From Candidatus Moraniibacteriota bacterium (GTDB lineage Bacteria > Patescibacteriota > Minisyncoccia > Moranbacterales > GWC2-37-73), in the NCBI GenBank assembly GCA_013336225.1, contig JAAXUC010000006.1, positions 1 to 61,675 on the forward strand: a DNA stretch of 61,675 nt, given 5' to 3'. The notes under the pieces were generated by a model. The model searched no databases and was not told where the DNA came from. It saw nothing but the letters and a program-made list of their open reading frames with translations. The position numbers were made by a program, and so were the translations under genes. This document shows, piece by piece, positions 20,377 through 29,995 of the stretch (position 1 is its first letter; each line of letters begins with the position of its first letter).

Positions 20377-20378
20377 TT

Positions 20379-22058
20379 ATGGAACAGCTTTTTACAGATT
20401 TTTTCAAGCAAATTTTCAAGAATACAACCAAATTGTATCTTGTTTTGGTGAATGTTGTTTTGATTGTTTTTGCCATTTGGTTTTCAAATGTGGGACTATT
20501 GCCATTTAAGAATTTGGGTGATTTTGCATTTTTTGCAATTCTGGCTTTGATTTTGGGTTTGTATCGTCCAGGTTGGACATTTGTGTTTTTTGTTGGAACA
20601 TTGGCCTTGGAAAACATCAATCTGGCGCCCAAAGAAATTGGACTTACTTTGCGCCCATATCAATTTTTTGGTTTCATCACCATTGTCGCAATCTTGGTGC
20701 AAATGGTTTCAAAAAGATTGGCCTTTGCATTGCCAAAAATGAAATGGTTTGACGCATTGCCGATTGTTTTCGCTATCGGTGGCTTTGTGAGTGCTCTTGG
20801 CGCTGCAAATAAAGGTGTGAGTTTCAAGCAAGCGCTCATTGCTTGTTCCTTTGTGGCGCTGTATTTTCTGGTTCGAATTTATGTGCAATCTCTGGAGGAC
20901 TTGAAAAGAGTCATGCCATTTTTTCTGAGCAGCAGTTTGGTTGTGATGATCTATGCAATTTGGCAAAATGTCAGGTTCGCGCGCGGCGCAAATTCTTTTG
21001 AAGTCATGTTGGGACGTCCAAATGCAACATTTGCGGAAGCTGATTGGTTGGGAATATACCTTGTTTTTTGCTTGGCTGTTGTTTTAACTATTTTATACAA
21101 GGCAAGAAGCAATAACCAAGAAACAATGATCAAACAAATTTCAAATTCCAAATTCCAAATTCCAAAAAATGGTTTGTATCTTGGATCTTGTATCTTGTAT
21201 CTTGTGCTCACATTTATTACTTTGATTTTAACAGTGAGCAGGAGTGCTTGGATTGGGGCGGTGATTGTTGCGCTGGGATATTTGAAATTGGTTTTGCTAT
21301 ATGGAAAAAAGGATATTGCAAATGAGAAACAAAGATTCTGCAAAAACTTGTTGGCCCTGATGAAGCAAAGCTGGAATTGGAAAGGATGGTTTGTTGAAGC
21401 TTTGAAATTGTTGCTGCTTGTCGCTGTCAGCGTCGCAATTATTTTCGTCTTTCATTTGACCAGTTTTCAATTGGGAAATCGCGCTGTCAGCACTGGTGGA
21501 TTGCAGAAAATCACCATCGCATGCCAAGGCGGAAGTGATAAGATCGTGCCTGCGCAAATAGGCAGTGTGGATGAATTGGCAAGCTACAACTGTCGCCACA
21601 TCAATCTTGAAGACATTGAAAAAGAAAAAAGGGCTGGCCATGTTGTGCTGGAAGTTTCTCGTCCTGATCCAAACGTGAACATTCGCGCTGAAATTTATCA
21701 AAAAGCAATTGCTCAAATCAAGCAAAATCCCATTCTGGGAATCGGCTGGGGAAGCATTAATGCAGTTCTGGGCACCGATGAGCGTGGAGCAGGCCTAAAT
21801 GCCAGCAATATTTTTCTGGAAGTTTGGCTGGGCAGTGGACTGCTGGGGTTGATTGCTTTTGTTGTTTTACTGGGTTATATTCTCGCCATAGCTATTATTA
21901 AATTTATGAGCAGAACTGACGATGCCGGACTCGTGTTCGTCATGTTGGGACTTTTTGCCATCATCATTCCAAACCTTTTCAACTCCGGCATATTTTTGGG
22001 ATTTGTTTGGGTATATCTAGGGATTGCAGTGGGATTGATTTCAGAAAAAAAGACTTGA
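20379..22058 (+). CDS. O-antigen ligase/polymerase-like (Wzy_C domain) membrane protein
   Basis: Polytopic. The LTVSRSAWIGAVIV block is typical of the O-antigen ligase domain, followed by a large external loop. I set the start at the ATG at 20379, right after the upstream stop. The gene carries an in-frame stutter-repeat insertion at 21136-21205. Confidence 0.7.
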   Translation: MEQLFTDFFKQIFKNTTKLYLVLVNVVLIVFAIWFSNVGLLPFKNLGDFAFFAILALILGLYRPGWTFVFFVGTLALENINLAPKEIGLTLRPYQFFGFITIVAILVQMVSKRLAFALPKMKWFDALPIVFAIGGFVSALGAANKGVSFKQALIACSFVALYFLVRIYVQSLEDLKRVMPFFLSSSLVVMIYAIWQNVRFARGANSFEVMLGRPNATFAEADWLGIYLVFCLAVVLTILYKARSNNQETMIKQISNSKFQIPKNGLYLGSCILYLVLTFITLILTVSRSAWIGAVIVALGYLKLVLLYGKKDIANEKQRFCKNLLALMKQSWNWKGWFVEALKLLLLVAVSVAIIFVFHLTSFQLGNRAVSTGGLQKITIACQGGSDKIVPAQIGSVDELASYNCRHINLEDIEKEKRAGHVVLEVSRPDPNVNIRAEIYQKAIAQIKQNPILGIGWGSINAVLGTDERGAGLNASNIFLEVWLGSGLLGLIAFVVLLGYILAIAIIKFMSRTDDAGLVFVMLGLFAIIIPNLFNSGIFLGFVWVYLGIAVGLISEKKT

Positions 22059-22179
22059 TTTATATTTTGAGAAACTGAATCAGAAAATTTCCCAATTTTT
22101 AATTTTCAATTTTTTGCTCCAGGCTTATCCCTTGGGGACTAATTTTCAAATAATTTACAATTAATTAATTTCCAAAACA

Positions 22180-22512
22180 ATGCAGAAAAAAGTTGCTGAA
22201 ATTTTTTTGAACGCACTCCCTGTGATCTTGATGCTGGCTCTCATACCACTTATTAAAAATGACTATATTTTAGCGTCCACATACATTATTGTGATTATGG
22301 TGTCTTTGTGGATTAGAAAAGAAATTAATGATTTAACGTTTCTTATTTTTGGTTTTGTAATCATGACAATTTCCGAATATTTCTTTCTCAAAACTGGCGT
22401 TGAAAAATTCAATAGAGTCTCACTGCTTGGCGTGATGCCGCTTTGGCTGCCATTTCTTTGGGCTTATGGATTCGTAGCGATAAAGAGAGCTTCTAACATC
22501 TTAAACAAATGA
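22180..22512 (+). CDS. Small 3-TM membrane protein (hypothetical)
   Basis: 110 aa and hydrophobic. The stop overlaps the start of the downstream GT4 gene (ATGA). Confidence 0.5.
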   Translation: MQKKVAEIFLNALPVILMLALIPLIKNDYILASTYIIVIMVSLWIRKEINDLTFLIFGFVIMTISEYFFLKTGVEKFNRVSLLGVMPLWLPFLWAYGFVAIKRASNILNK

Positions 22513-23696
22513 AAATGAAAATAGGAATCGATATCAGATTAATAGGGAAGAAGAGAACTGGCGATGAGGTGGTTGTTTTTAATTTGGTCAGAGAAATGGC
22601 TCAGTTAAGTGCAAATCACGAATTTAAACTCTTTACAGATGTTGCTGACAAGCAGGTGCTGGGTGAAATTGCAAATTCGCTTGGAATTTTGGATCCGCCA
22701 GCTGGCGGAGAAAATTTTGAAATAATTTCACTTCCTGTCAAAAATAAATTCATTTGGAATTTTTGGACTTTGCCAAATTATCTGCGCAAAAATCCAATAG
22801 ACATATATCATACGCAATATATCACGCCATTTTTTGTGTCTAGGAACATTAAAATTGTCACAATTGTGCATGACATTTCTTTCAATTTTTTCCCGCAATT
22901 TATTAAATTTGCTGATTTGTTTTTTTTGAAAACACTGATTCCTTTGAGTTTGAAACGTGCTGACAAGATTGTGGGCGTTTCGCAATTCACCAGAGATGAG
23001 ATCATCAAATATTATAAAGTCAGTCCTGAGAAAGTCGATTGGATTTATAATTCAATTGGCGAGGAATTTTTGACTGATGACATTTCGCAAGAACAGCTGT
23101 TGAATGTCAAAGCAAAATATCAATTGCCAGCAAAGTTCATCCTCTATTTGGGAACGCTGCAGCCAAGAAAAAATGTTTCGCACCTAGTGGAGGCTTTCGC
23201 TCGTATTAAAGATAGACTTGAGGGCACAAAGCTTGTCATTTGCGGTAATCTTTCCGCGCACAATGCAGATGCACAAATCCGTAAGATGGTGGCAAAGCAT
23301 CATTTGGAAAACGATGTGATCTTTCCTGGTTTCATAGCGGAACAAGACAAAGCTGCAATCTTCAAGCTTGCGCATGTCTTTGCCTTTCCTTCACTGTATG
23401 AAGGTTTTGGCATCCCACCTTTGGAAGCTATGAGTCAAAATGTGCCAGTGCTTTGCTCTGACATTCCTAGTTTGAAAGAAATTGCTGGGGCAGGCGCATT
23501 ATTCTTTGACCCTGCAAGCCTTGATGATTTTTCCAAAAAGTTGTATGATATTTCTATGGACAATGACCTGCGAAATGAGCTAATTCGACTGGGAAAAGAA
23601 AGAATTAGCTTTTTTTCTTGGAAAAAATCAGCCATCAAGATGCTTGCAATTTATGAGAATATGCAGCATAATGCTCAAGTTAACAAAGAAGCCTAA
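22509..23696 (+). CDS. Glycosyltransferase, GT4 family
   Basis: The block FPSLYEGFGIPPLEAMSQNVPVLCS is present. It is a paralog of the gene at 19180 (same HDI..RLFP / VS..T..D.I motifs). Confidence 0.8.
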   Translation: MKMKIGIDIRLIGKKRTGDEVVVFNLVREMAQLSANHEFKLFTDVADKQVLGEIANSLGILDPPAGGENFEIISLPVKNKFIWNFWTLPNYLRKNPIDIYHTQYITPFFVSRNIKIVTIVHDISFNFFPQFIKFADLFFLKTLIPLSLKRADKIVGVSQFTRDEIIKYYKVSPEKVDWIYNSIGEEFLTDDISQEQLLNVKAKYQLPAKFILYLGTLQPRKNVSHLVEAFARIKDRLEGTKLVICGNLSAHNADAQIRKMVAKHHLENDVIFPGFIAEQDKAAIFKLAHVFAFPSLYEGFGIPPLEAMSQNVPVLCSDIPSLKEIAGAGALFFDPASLDDFSKKLYDISMDNDLRNELIRLGKERISFFSWKKSAIKMLAIYENMQHNAQVNKEA

Positions 23697-23722
23697 GCTA
23701 AAAAATAATAAAAAAGTTTCCT

Positions 23723-24934
23723 ATGAATGATCCAATCAGAACTGGAGGTGTCCAATCAGGTCTTCCTATTAAAAAGAAAAAAGTATGGCTCAAGCCACTT
23801 TTAATTGTTGTTGCAATTCTCTTGGCTGTTGGTGGCTTTTTGATTTTTAAAACTGGCTCAGTTCTCAATAAGATTTCATCGGATAGCAACATGTTTGGAA
23901 GCTTGGTGCACATGATTCCAGGCGTCAAACAGGAGTTGGCAGGTGAGGAGGAAGGCCGAATCAATATCTTGCTGATGGGCATGCGAGGTGAGCATGTGGT
24001 TGGCGGAGGAACATTGGCTGATACAATCATGGTTGCCAGCATTAATCCGTCTGCAAACAAGGTTGCTCTTCTCTCAATACCACGCGACTTGTATGTCAAT
24101 AATCCAAGCAAGGGCTATAAGACAAAAATAAATGCCGTGTATGCTTATGGAGAAGAAGATGGGAAAAAGCAAGGAGCTGAGGATATGAAAAAAGTTGTCA
24201 GTGAAATTGTTGGCATGCCTGTTGAATATTCCTTGATTATCAATTTCAAGGGTTTTACTGATTTGGTTGATGCTATTGGCGGGGTGGAAGTTGAGCTGAA
24301 AAAACCATTCGAAGAAGTGATGCAATTCAATGAAGAGCATGTTTGCGACAGCACGGTTTTCACTGTGCCAACTGGAAAATTTGAAACAAAAACCAAAAAA
24401 TATCTCAGCAAAGAAACTGGATTATATAAAACAAGGGTGGTTGCAAGTTATCCGCTTTGCACCAATGCTGTGACTGAATGTGGAGGAGACTTTAAGTTGC
24501 CAGCAGGTAAGCAGACACTCAGTGGGGAGAAAGCACTTTGCTACGCTCGAGCGAGAAAAACATCTAATGATTTTGAGCGCGCAAAAAGACAACAATATGT
24601 CATTCAGCAAATCAAAAACAAAGCTCTTTCAATGGGAACTTTGACTGATTTCAATAAAGTGAATGGAATCATTGATAGTCTTGGAAACAATGTGTCAACT
24701 GACTTGCAAGCTTGGGAAATGAAGCGTTTCTATGACTTGCAAAGCACCATGCAAAATCCGCAGATGTTGCAACACGTGCTTGAAAACACTGACGAAGGTT
24801 TGCTGTACACTCCGCAAAGCACGCCAGAAACAGGATATATCCTTGCTCCAATTGGAGACAATTATGATAAGATAAGGCAGTTGTTTAAAGACATCTTTAT
24901 CGTTGCTTCACAATCAGATTCAGAACCTAAATAG
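23723..24934 (+). CDS. LytR-CpsA-Psr (LCP) family glycopolymer phosphotransferase
   Basis: An N-terminal TM helix is followed by INILLMGMRGE....LADTIMVASINP....ALLSIPRDLYV, the canonical LCP core. Confidence 0.85.
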   Translation: MNDPIRTGGVQSGLPIKKKKVWLKPLLIVVAILLAVGGFLIFKTGSVLNKISSDSNMFGSLVHMIPGVKQELAGEEEGRINILLMGMRGEHVVGGGTLADTIMVASINPSANKVALLSIPRDLYVNNPSKGYKTKINAVYAYGEEDGKKQGAEDMKKVVSEIVGMPVEYSLIINFKGFTDLVDAIGGVEVELKKPFEEVMQFNEEHVCDSTVFTVPTGKFETKTKKYLSKETGLYKTRVVASYPLCTNAVTECGGDFKLPAGKQTLSGEKALCYARARKTSNDFERAKRQQYVIQQIKNKALSMGTLTDFNKVNGIIDSLGNNVSTDLQAWEMKRFYDLQSTMQNPQMLQHVLENTDEGLLYTPQSTPETGYILAPIGDNYDKIRQLFKDIFIVASQSDSEPK

Positions 24935-24957
24935 CTCTAAAGAATATCAGTCAAATA

Positions 24958-25767
24958 ATGGAACTTTCAATTATTGTTGCAAATTATCGCAATCCGGAAC
25001 TGCTTAAGGTTTGCCTGGATTCAATCAAGAAATGTGTGACTGATGTTACATATGAATTGATTGTGGCTGATAGTGCAACTCAAGAGGACACAGAGATGCT
25101 GATGCGGGAAGATTTTGGTGATTTGAAATTCTTGCCATTCAAGGAAAATGTCGGCTTTCAAGCTATGGTTAAAAAGGGAATTGAAAACAGTGTTGGCGAA
25201 TATCTGCTGGTACTGAATGGTGACATTATTGTCACTGAGAATGCTGTTCAGCAAATGCTGAAATTCCTGAAAGCAGACGCTTCAATTGGGATTATTGGGC
25301 CGAAGCTTTTGAATTTCAATGGAACTCCGCAAACATCCTGTTTTCGGTTCTATAAACCGTGGACGATTGTCTATCGCAGAACTTTTCTGGGCAAATTTGC
25401 GTTTGCCAAAAAACATTTGGATTGGTTTTTGATGCATGACTATGATCACAAAGAGCCAAAAGAAGTTGATTGGCTGATGGGTAGCGCACTGATGTTTTCC
25501 AAAAAAGCAATTGAAAAAGTGGGCTTGATGGATCCGCAATATTTCATGTATATGGAAGATGTGGATTGGTGTCGCAGATTTTGGGAGCATGGCTTCAAAG
25601 TTGTTTTCTTTCCTTTTGCGCAGATGCATCACTATCACGGCAAGGGTAGTGCCAAAGGAGGTGTGATTAAGTCATTGTTGTTCAATAAATATACTTGGAT
25701 TCATATCATCAGCGGATTTAAATATTTCAAGAAATTTTTGGGAAAACCTCTGCCTATTCATAATTAA
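24958..25767 (+). CDS. Glycosyltransferase, GT2 family
   Basis: LSIIVANYRN...L..CL.SI and a D-x-D-like region (LNGDIIV) are present, as is a late YMEDVDWC block typical of GT2 rhamnosyl/galactosyl transferases. Confidence 0.8.
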   Translation: MELSIIVANYRNPELLKVCLDSIKKCVTDVTYELIVADSATQEDTEMLMREDFGDLKFLPFKENVGFQAMVKKGIENSVGEYLLVLNGDIIVTENAVQQMLKFLKADASIGIIGPKLLNFNGTPQTSCFRFYKPWTIVYRRTFLGKFAFAKKHLDWFLMHDYDHKEPKEVDWLMGSALMFSKKAIEKVGLMDPQYFMYMEDVDWCRRFWEHGFKVVFFPFAQMHHYHGKGSAKGGVIKSLLFNKYTWIHIISGFKYFKKFLGKPLPIHN

Positions 25768-25785
25768 TTCTGTCATAAAATACAA

Positions 25786-27081
25786 ATGGAAGATTTAGAA
25801 CAAAAAAATAATTTACCGGAAGAATTTCAGCTTTATAAAAAGAGAATGGTGCGTTATTTTTTTCAAATATCAATTTTTGTCTTGATAAGCATGAGTATTT
25901 TTTGGGCAGGCTTTGAAATAGGAAAACAAAGCACTCAATCAACTTCACCGGTTTCGCTGGAAAGTGTTGCTTTTATAAATAAAACTCAGCAGGCGGATAA
26001 AACAATTGATTTTTCCTTATTTTGGAGTGTTTGGGAGCTGCTTAAGCATAAATATGTGGATGCAGGCTCTTTGGATGCTAAAAAATTATATTACGGTGCC
26101 ATTAAAGGCATGATGGCAGCCACTGGCGATCCATATACAACTTTTTTTGATCCGGAAGAGAATAAGAAATTTGGCGAGGACATTTCAGGCAATTTTGAAG
26201 GCATTGGTGCTGAACTCGGCATTAAAGGTGGAATTTTGACAGTCGTTTCGCCACTGCAGGGATCTCCAGCAGAAAAAGCTGGTTTGCGTAGTGGAGACAA
26301 AATTGTCAAAATTGATAGCAATATTGCAGCTGATATGACCATTGAAGAAGCAGTTGATCATATTCGTGGAAAAAAGAATACTTCAGTCGTGCTGACAATC
26401 TTTCGCGACGGAGATTCAGACACTCAGGACATCACCGTTATGCGAGATGTCATCAATATTAAAAGTGTGACAATGGAAATCAAAGATGGAAACGTTGCTT
26501 ACATTAAAATCACTCGTTTCGGAGATGACACCACTAAGGGATTTACTGATGCAATCAACAAGGCTGCTAATCAAAAATCCAAAGGACTTATCATTGACTT
26601 GCGCAATAATCCTGGAGGATATCTTGAATCAGCAGTTGATATTGCAAGCAAATTGCTTCCCAAGGATCAAGTGGTGGTGATTGAAGAAAGTTCCGATAAG
26701 AGTCAGAAAAAAATGTATAGCCGAGGAGGTGATGTTGCCAGTAAAATGCCAACAGTGGTGCTGATCAATGAAGGCAGTGCTAGCGCTTCTGAAATTTTGG
26801 CAGGAGCTTTGAAAGATGATCGCTCAGAAAACGTCACCCTTATCGGTAAGAAATCATTTGGCAAAGGAAGTGTGCAGGAATTCATTGAAATGCCTCAAGG
26901 CACTGCAGCCAAGATCACTGTGGCGCGCTGGTTGACTCCTGATGGCACGCAAATCAATGAGAAGGGAATTAGTCCTGATAAGGAAGTTGAACTTACTAAT
27001 GATGACTATGCCAATAATAAAGATCCGCAGCTTGATGCAGCATTGCAAGAGCTGAAAGATAAACTTGCTATTGCTAAATAG
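25786..27081 (+). CDS. Carboxyl-terminal processing protease (S41, Ctp) with PDZ domain
   Basis: An N-terminal TM helix is present. The PDZ segment is GIGAELG....V.SPL.GSPAEKAGLRSGDKIVKID. The S41 core is LIIDLRNNPGG and NEGSASASEILAGAL. Confidence 0.85.
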   Translation: MEDLEQKNNLPEEFQLYKKRMVRYFFQISIFVLISMSIFWAGFEIGKQSTQSTSPVSLESVAFINKTQQADKTIDFSLFWSVWELLKHKYVDAGSLDAKKLYYGAIKGMMAATGDPYTTFFDPEENKKFGEDISGNFEGIGAELGIKGGILTVVSPLQGSPAEKAGLRSGDKIVKIDSNIAADMTIEEAVDHIRGKKNTSVVLTIFRDGDSDTQDITVMRDVINIKSVTMEIKDGNVAYIKITRFGDDTTKGFTDAINKAANQKSKGLIIDLRNNPGGYLESAVDIASKLLPKDQVVVIEESSDKSQKKMYSRGGDVASKMPTVVLINEGSASASEILAGALKDDRSENVTLIGKKSFGKGSVQEFIEMPQGTAAKITVARWLTPDGTQINEKGISPDKEVELTNDDYANNKDPQLDAALQELKDKLAIAK

Positions 27082-27116
27082 TTTTCATGCAGCTACTTGC
27101 TTAATTGTAGAAACTA

Positions 27117-27150
27117 AAATCACCAGTGTTAAGCTGGTGATTTTTGAAAT
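27117..27150 (+). terminator. Rho-independent terminator after ctp
   Basis: AAAATCACCAG-TGTTAA-GCTGGTGATTTT is followed by TGAAAT. Confidence 0.65.
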
Positions 27151-27399
27151 AAAGTTTATTTTCCACATTTCTTTTTCCGCAAAAGAAACGTGGAGCAAAG
27201 AAAACTCTCGCACGAAGAAATACGGCGACAAACTGCTCACTCTTTCACTAAAATTTTTAACTAATTCATGCTCCAACAAAAATTTCTTAACGTTCAATTC
27301 GTGGCAGATTTGTATCGGCGTATTTCTTATGTGCGAAAAGGAATGCGAAATGCTGTATGCAGAATATAAAAAGTTTATTTTGAATCATGCAGCGTATAT

Positions 27400-27518
27400 G
27401 GTTTTTTGTTGAATCTGTTTTTTCTTGAAGCCGTAGCGAACGACAGTGAGGTCCGAGTGAGCAGCCATAGATTTCGGCTGCGAAACGTGCTCTCAAGAGA
27501 AAGCAGGTGAAACAAAAA
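27400..27518. repeat. GC-rich MITE-like element, copy B (inverted relative to copy A)
   Basis: The reverse complement matches 18936-19039 almost base for base (..CTCTTGAGAGCAC.TTCGCAGCCGAAATCTATGGCTGCTCACTCGGACCTCACTGTCGTTCGCTACGGCTTCAAGAAAAAACAG). Confidence 0.85.
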
Positions 27519-27539
27519 TGTCTCAGAGCCTCATGTTAT

Positions 27540-28415
27540 CTATTTTACCAAACTGAAGCCTTTTTGCTGCCAGCCGGGGATGGCTGTGCGCATGACGAAA
27601 GGTGAAGCCAGGAGCATGTCATACATTTGAACGGAGGCTTGAAATTCTTGCAATTCATTGGCGCCGACCACCACGATTCTTTTTTCCGTGATTTCTCCGC
27701 GTCTTTTTTCCAGCTCGTCAATGGGAATGTTTTTTGCTCCCACGATGTGACCCGCATTGAATTCGCCAGCATCTCTCACGTCAATGATATAGACTGGAAC
27801 TTTTTGAGTGATGGCGTCATTCAATTTTTCCGGATCAAGATAGGAAACTTTGGATTGATCGATGAAGGATTTTGGATCTCCATAGCTCACGGTTGAGCCA
27901 ATGAGTTGTTTCCAAGAAATCATGCCGCCAGCCAACACAACGATGTTTTCAAAGTCTTCATCTTTGAGCTTGTCGACAGCTGCGCTGATATCTTTGTCGG
28001 TGTTGCTGGCTCCAATGACCACCACCAGACTGTGCGCATTGATTTTTGAAGCCACAGGAAATTCATCGATTGCAATGTTGACTGCATCCATGATGTGTTC
28101 TTGAATGTATGCATCAAAAGGACGGATGTCGAGCAAGGTGAGAGACTCCTTTTTATTGGAAATCAAGATTTTTTTGTTCAAATCGGTGGCACTGATGGTG
28201 TCGTAATCAAAAGTTGCTTTCTGATCTTGACTGGAGCTAACCGCTGATTGAGATTTTGTTTTGCTTTTGTCTGAAAAAATGCTGCCCCTGAAAAGTGTGA
28301 AAATGATCACCAGAAAAATCAGCGCAAAGCCAGCAGTGAGGGTGATGTTTTCATTTTGTTTTTTTTCTCCAAAAAACGAAGTGATTTTTTGGGATATTTT
28401 TTCCTTGTAGTGCAT
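27540..28415 (-). CDS. Membrane-anchored tandem rhodanese-domain protein
   Basis: An N-terminal TM helix is followed by two rhodanese-like modules (LLDIRPFDAY..EHI..A.NI and IIDVRDAGEF.AGHI.GA.NIP). Confidence 0.7.
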   Translation of the reverse strand: MHYKEKISQKITSFFGEKKQNENITLTAGFALIFLVIIFTLFRGSIFSDKSKTKSQSAVSSSQDQKATFDYDTISATDLNKKILISNKKESLTLLDIRPFDAYIQEHIMDAVNIAIDEFPVASKINAHSLVVVIGASNTDKDISAAVDKLKDEDFENIVVLAGGMISWKQLIGSTVSYGDPKSFIDQSKVSYLDPEKLNDAITQKVPVYIIDVRDAGEFNAGHIVGAKNIPIDELEKRRGEITEKRIVVVGANELQEFQASVQMYDMLLASPFVMRTAIPGWQQKGFSLVK

Positions 28416-28481
28416 TTTTTCTTGCCCAATTAAATTGTGGTACTCCGCACTATTTAACCAGGGTTTTTTGTTTAATAAAGA

Positions 28482-29444
28482 CTATTGCAAGATGCTGCCG
28501 ATGAATTCAGGATATCCATTGATGAAATCTTTGGCGCTGGCTGTTTTTTTGCCTTCTCTTTGAATTTCCTTGAAAATGATGATGCCAGCGTTGGTCTGAA
28601 TTCCGATGTCATCTCCAAGCTGAAAGATTTCTCCAATCTGATGTTTTTCAATCGGGTTAATTTTTTGAAGTCCAATGGTGATCAATTTCAATCTGATGAT
28701 TTCCGAATCATTCTTCCAGTGCGTGAAAATTCCCGGCCAAGGAGTCAGGGCACGATATTTGTTGTAGATGGTTTCGGCGTCTTCTGTCCAAAATATCTTA
28801 CCATCTTCGCGTTCAATCAATTGGCACTGTGAAGCCTGGGTGTGATCTTGAGCTTTTGCTTCAATTTTTCTCTCAATCCAAAGAGGAATGGTTTTCAGCA
28901 AGAGAGCTGCGCCGCTGACTGACAATTTTTGCATCAAAGTTTCCGTGGTGTCATTTGGCGCAATGACTGTTTTTTCTTGCACCAAGATGTCTCCCGTGTC
29001 CACACCTTCATCCATCAGCATGATGGTGACACCTGTTTCTTTTTCTCCATTAAACAAAGCATTTTGAATGGGGGAGGGGCCGCGATATTTCGGCAAAAGT
29101 GAAACATGTACATTGATGCAGCCAAAACCAGGGATTGCCAAGGCTGCTTTGGGAATTATTTTGCCATAAGCTGCCACAATCACAAGGTCTGGTTTGAGTT
29201 TTTTAAATTCTTCCACCGCTTCAGCATTGAATCTTAGTGGTTGAAAAACCGGAATCTTTTTTTCTGTGGCCAGTTTTTTCACCAGCGGCTCAGTGATTTC
29301 TTGTTTGCGGCCAACTTTCATGTCAGGTTTGGTGAAAACGCCCACCACGTTATATTCACCATCAATAAGTGAACCAAGAATGACTTCCGACAAATCAGAA
29401 GTTCCCATAAAAACAACGCGCAGTTTTATTTTTTTTGTGTTCAT
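28482..29444 (-). CDS. fmt: Methionyl-tRNA formyltransferase
   Basis: VVFMGTS, NVHVSLLPKYRGPSPIQ.A. (the formyltransferase SLLP motif) and a C-terminal Fmt domain are present. The gene lies directly downstream of def. Confidence 0.9.
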   Translation of the reverse strand: MNTKKIKLRVVFMGTSDLSEVILGSLIDGEYNVVGVFTKPDMKVGRKQEITEPLVKKLATEKKIPVFQPLRFNAEAVEEFKKLKPDLVIVAAYGKIIPKAALAIPGFGCINVHVSLLPKYRGPSPIQNALFNGEKETGVTIMLMDEGVDTGDILVQEKTVIAPNDTTETLMQKLSVSGAALLLKTIPLWIERKIEAKAQDHTQASQCQLIEREDGKIFWTEDAETIYNKYRALTPWPGIFTHWKNDSEIIRLKLITIGLQKINPIEKHQIGEIFQLGDDIGIQTNAGIIIFKEIQREGKKTASAKDFINGYPEFIGSILQ

Positions 29445-29467
29445 CTTATTTTTTATATCACTATCTT

Positions 29468-29495
29468 GTCATTCCCGCGAAGGCGGGAATCCAGG
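29468..29495. repeat. GTCATTCC-type small hairpin repeat
   Basis: GTCATTCCCGCGAAGGCGGGAATCCAGG shares the 5' GTCATYC plus hairpin design seen at 45519, 45580, 51069 and 51123. Confidence 0.7.
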
Positions 29496-29502
29496 TTCGT
29501 CT

Positions 29503-29994
29503 TTAAATTTTTATAAGTGGGGTTTCCTTTTTTGGTTTCAGTGTGCGAGTCTTTTTAATTCTATCAATGATGAGCACGCCATCAAGATGATCCAATTCGT
29601 GCTGAATGGCTCTGGCCAGCAAATCGCGACCTTTCAATTTGGCAGGCTTGCCAAATTCATTCAGATAGCGCACTTGAACTTCACTGTAGCGAGAGATTGG
29701 AAAGAATTTCCCCGGAAAGCTGAGGCAGCCTTCTTCAGAAATGACTTTATTTTTTGACGTGGCTGTGATTTGGGGATTGATCATGACATATTGAGTTCCT
29801 TCTGTTTCAATCACGCACAAGCGCAAATTTGAGCCAACTTGTGTGGCAGCCAAGCCAACGCCATTGTTGGCATACATCGTTTCAATCATGGCCAAAACAA
29901 GCTCCTGCACGTCTTTGGCAAGAGGATCTTTCACTTTCACGGTCTTAACCCGCAAAGCAGGGTCTGGATTTTTTCGAATTTTCAGTGTAGTCAT
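29503..29994 (-). CDS. def: Peptide deformylase
   Basis: All three Def motifs are present: GVGLAATQVG, EGCLSFPG and HELDHLDG. Confidence 0.92.
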   Translation of the reverse strand: MTTLKIRKNPDPALRVKTVKVKDPLAKDVQELVLAMIETMYANNGVGLAATQVGSNLRLCVIETEGTQYVMINPQITATSKNKVISEEGCLSFPGKFFPISRYSEVQVRYLNEFGKPAKLKGRDLLARAIQHELDHLDGVLIIDRIKKTRTLKPKKETPLIKI

Positions 29995-29995
29995 A

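Noticed and set aside
20322-20378. Longer start for the O-antigen-ligase-like ORF (20322) and for the HIT (41394), ThpR (41983), kinase (55748), DUF2062 (55201) and beta-helix (61625) ORFs
   Set aside because: The extensions overlap the upstream gene, a terminator or a repeat, or use non-ATG codons. In each case an internal ATG with better context was chosen.
126-24411. Numerous 60-160-aa ORFs antisense to or out of frame with large CDSs (for example 126..560, 705..1148, 2399..2830, 4207..4638, 9380..9874, 20951..21343, 21297..21725, 23698..24111)
   Set aside because: They are shadow ORFs inside well-supported genes, with low-complexity translations and no independent signals.
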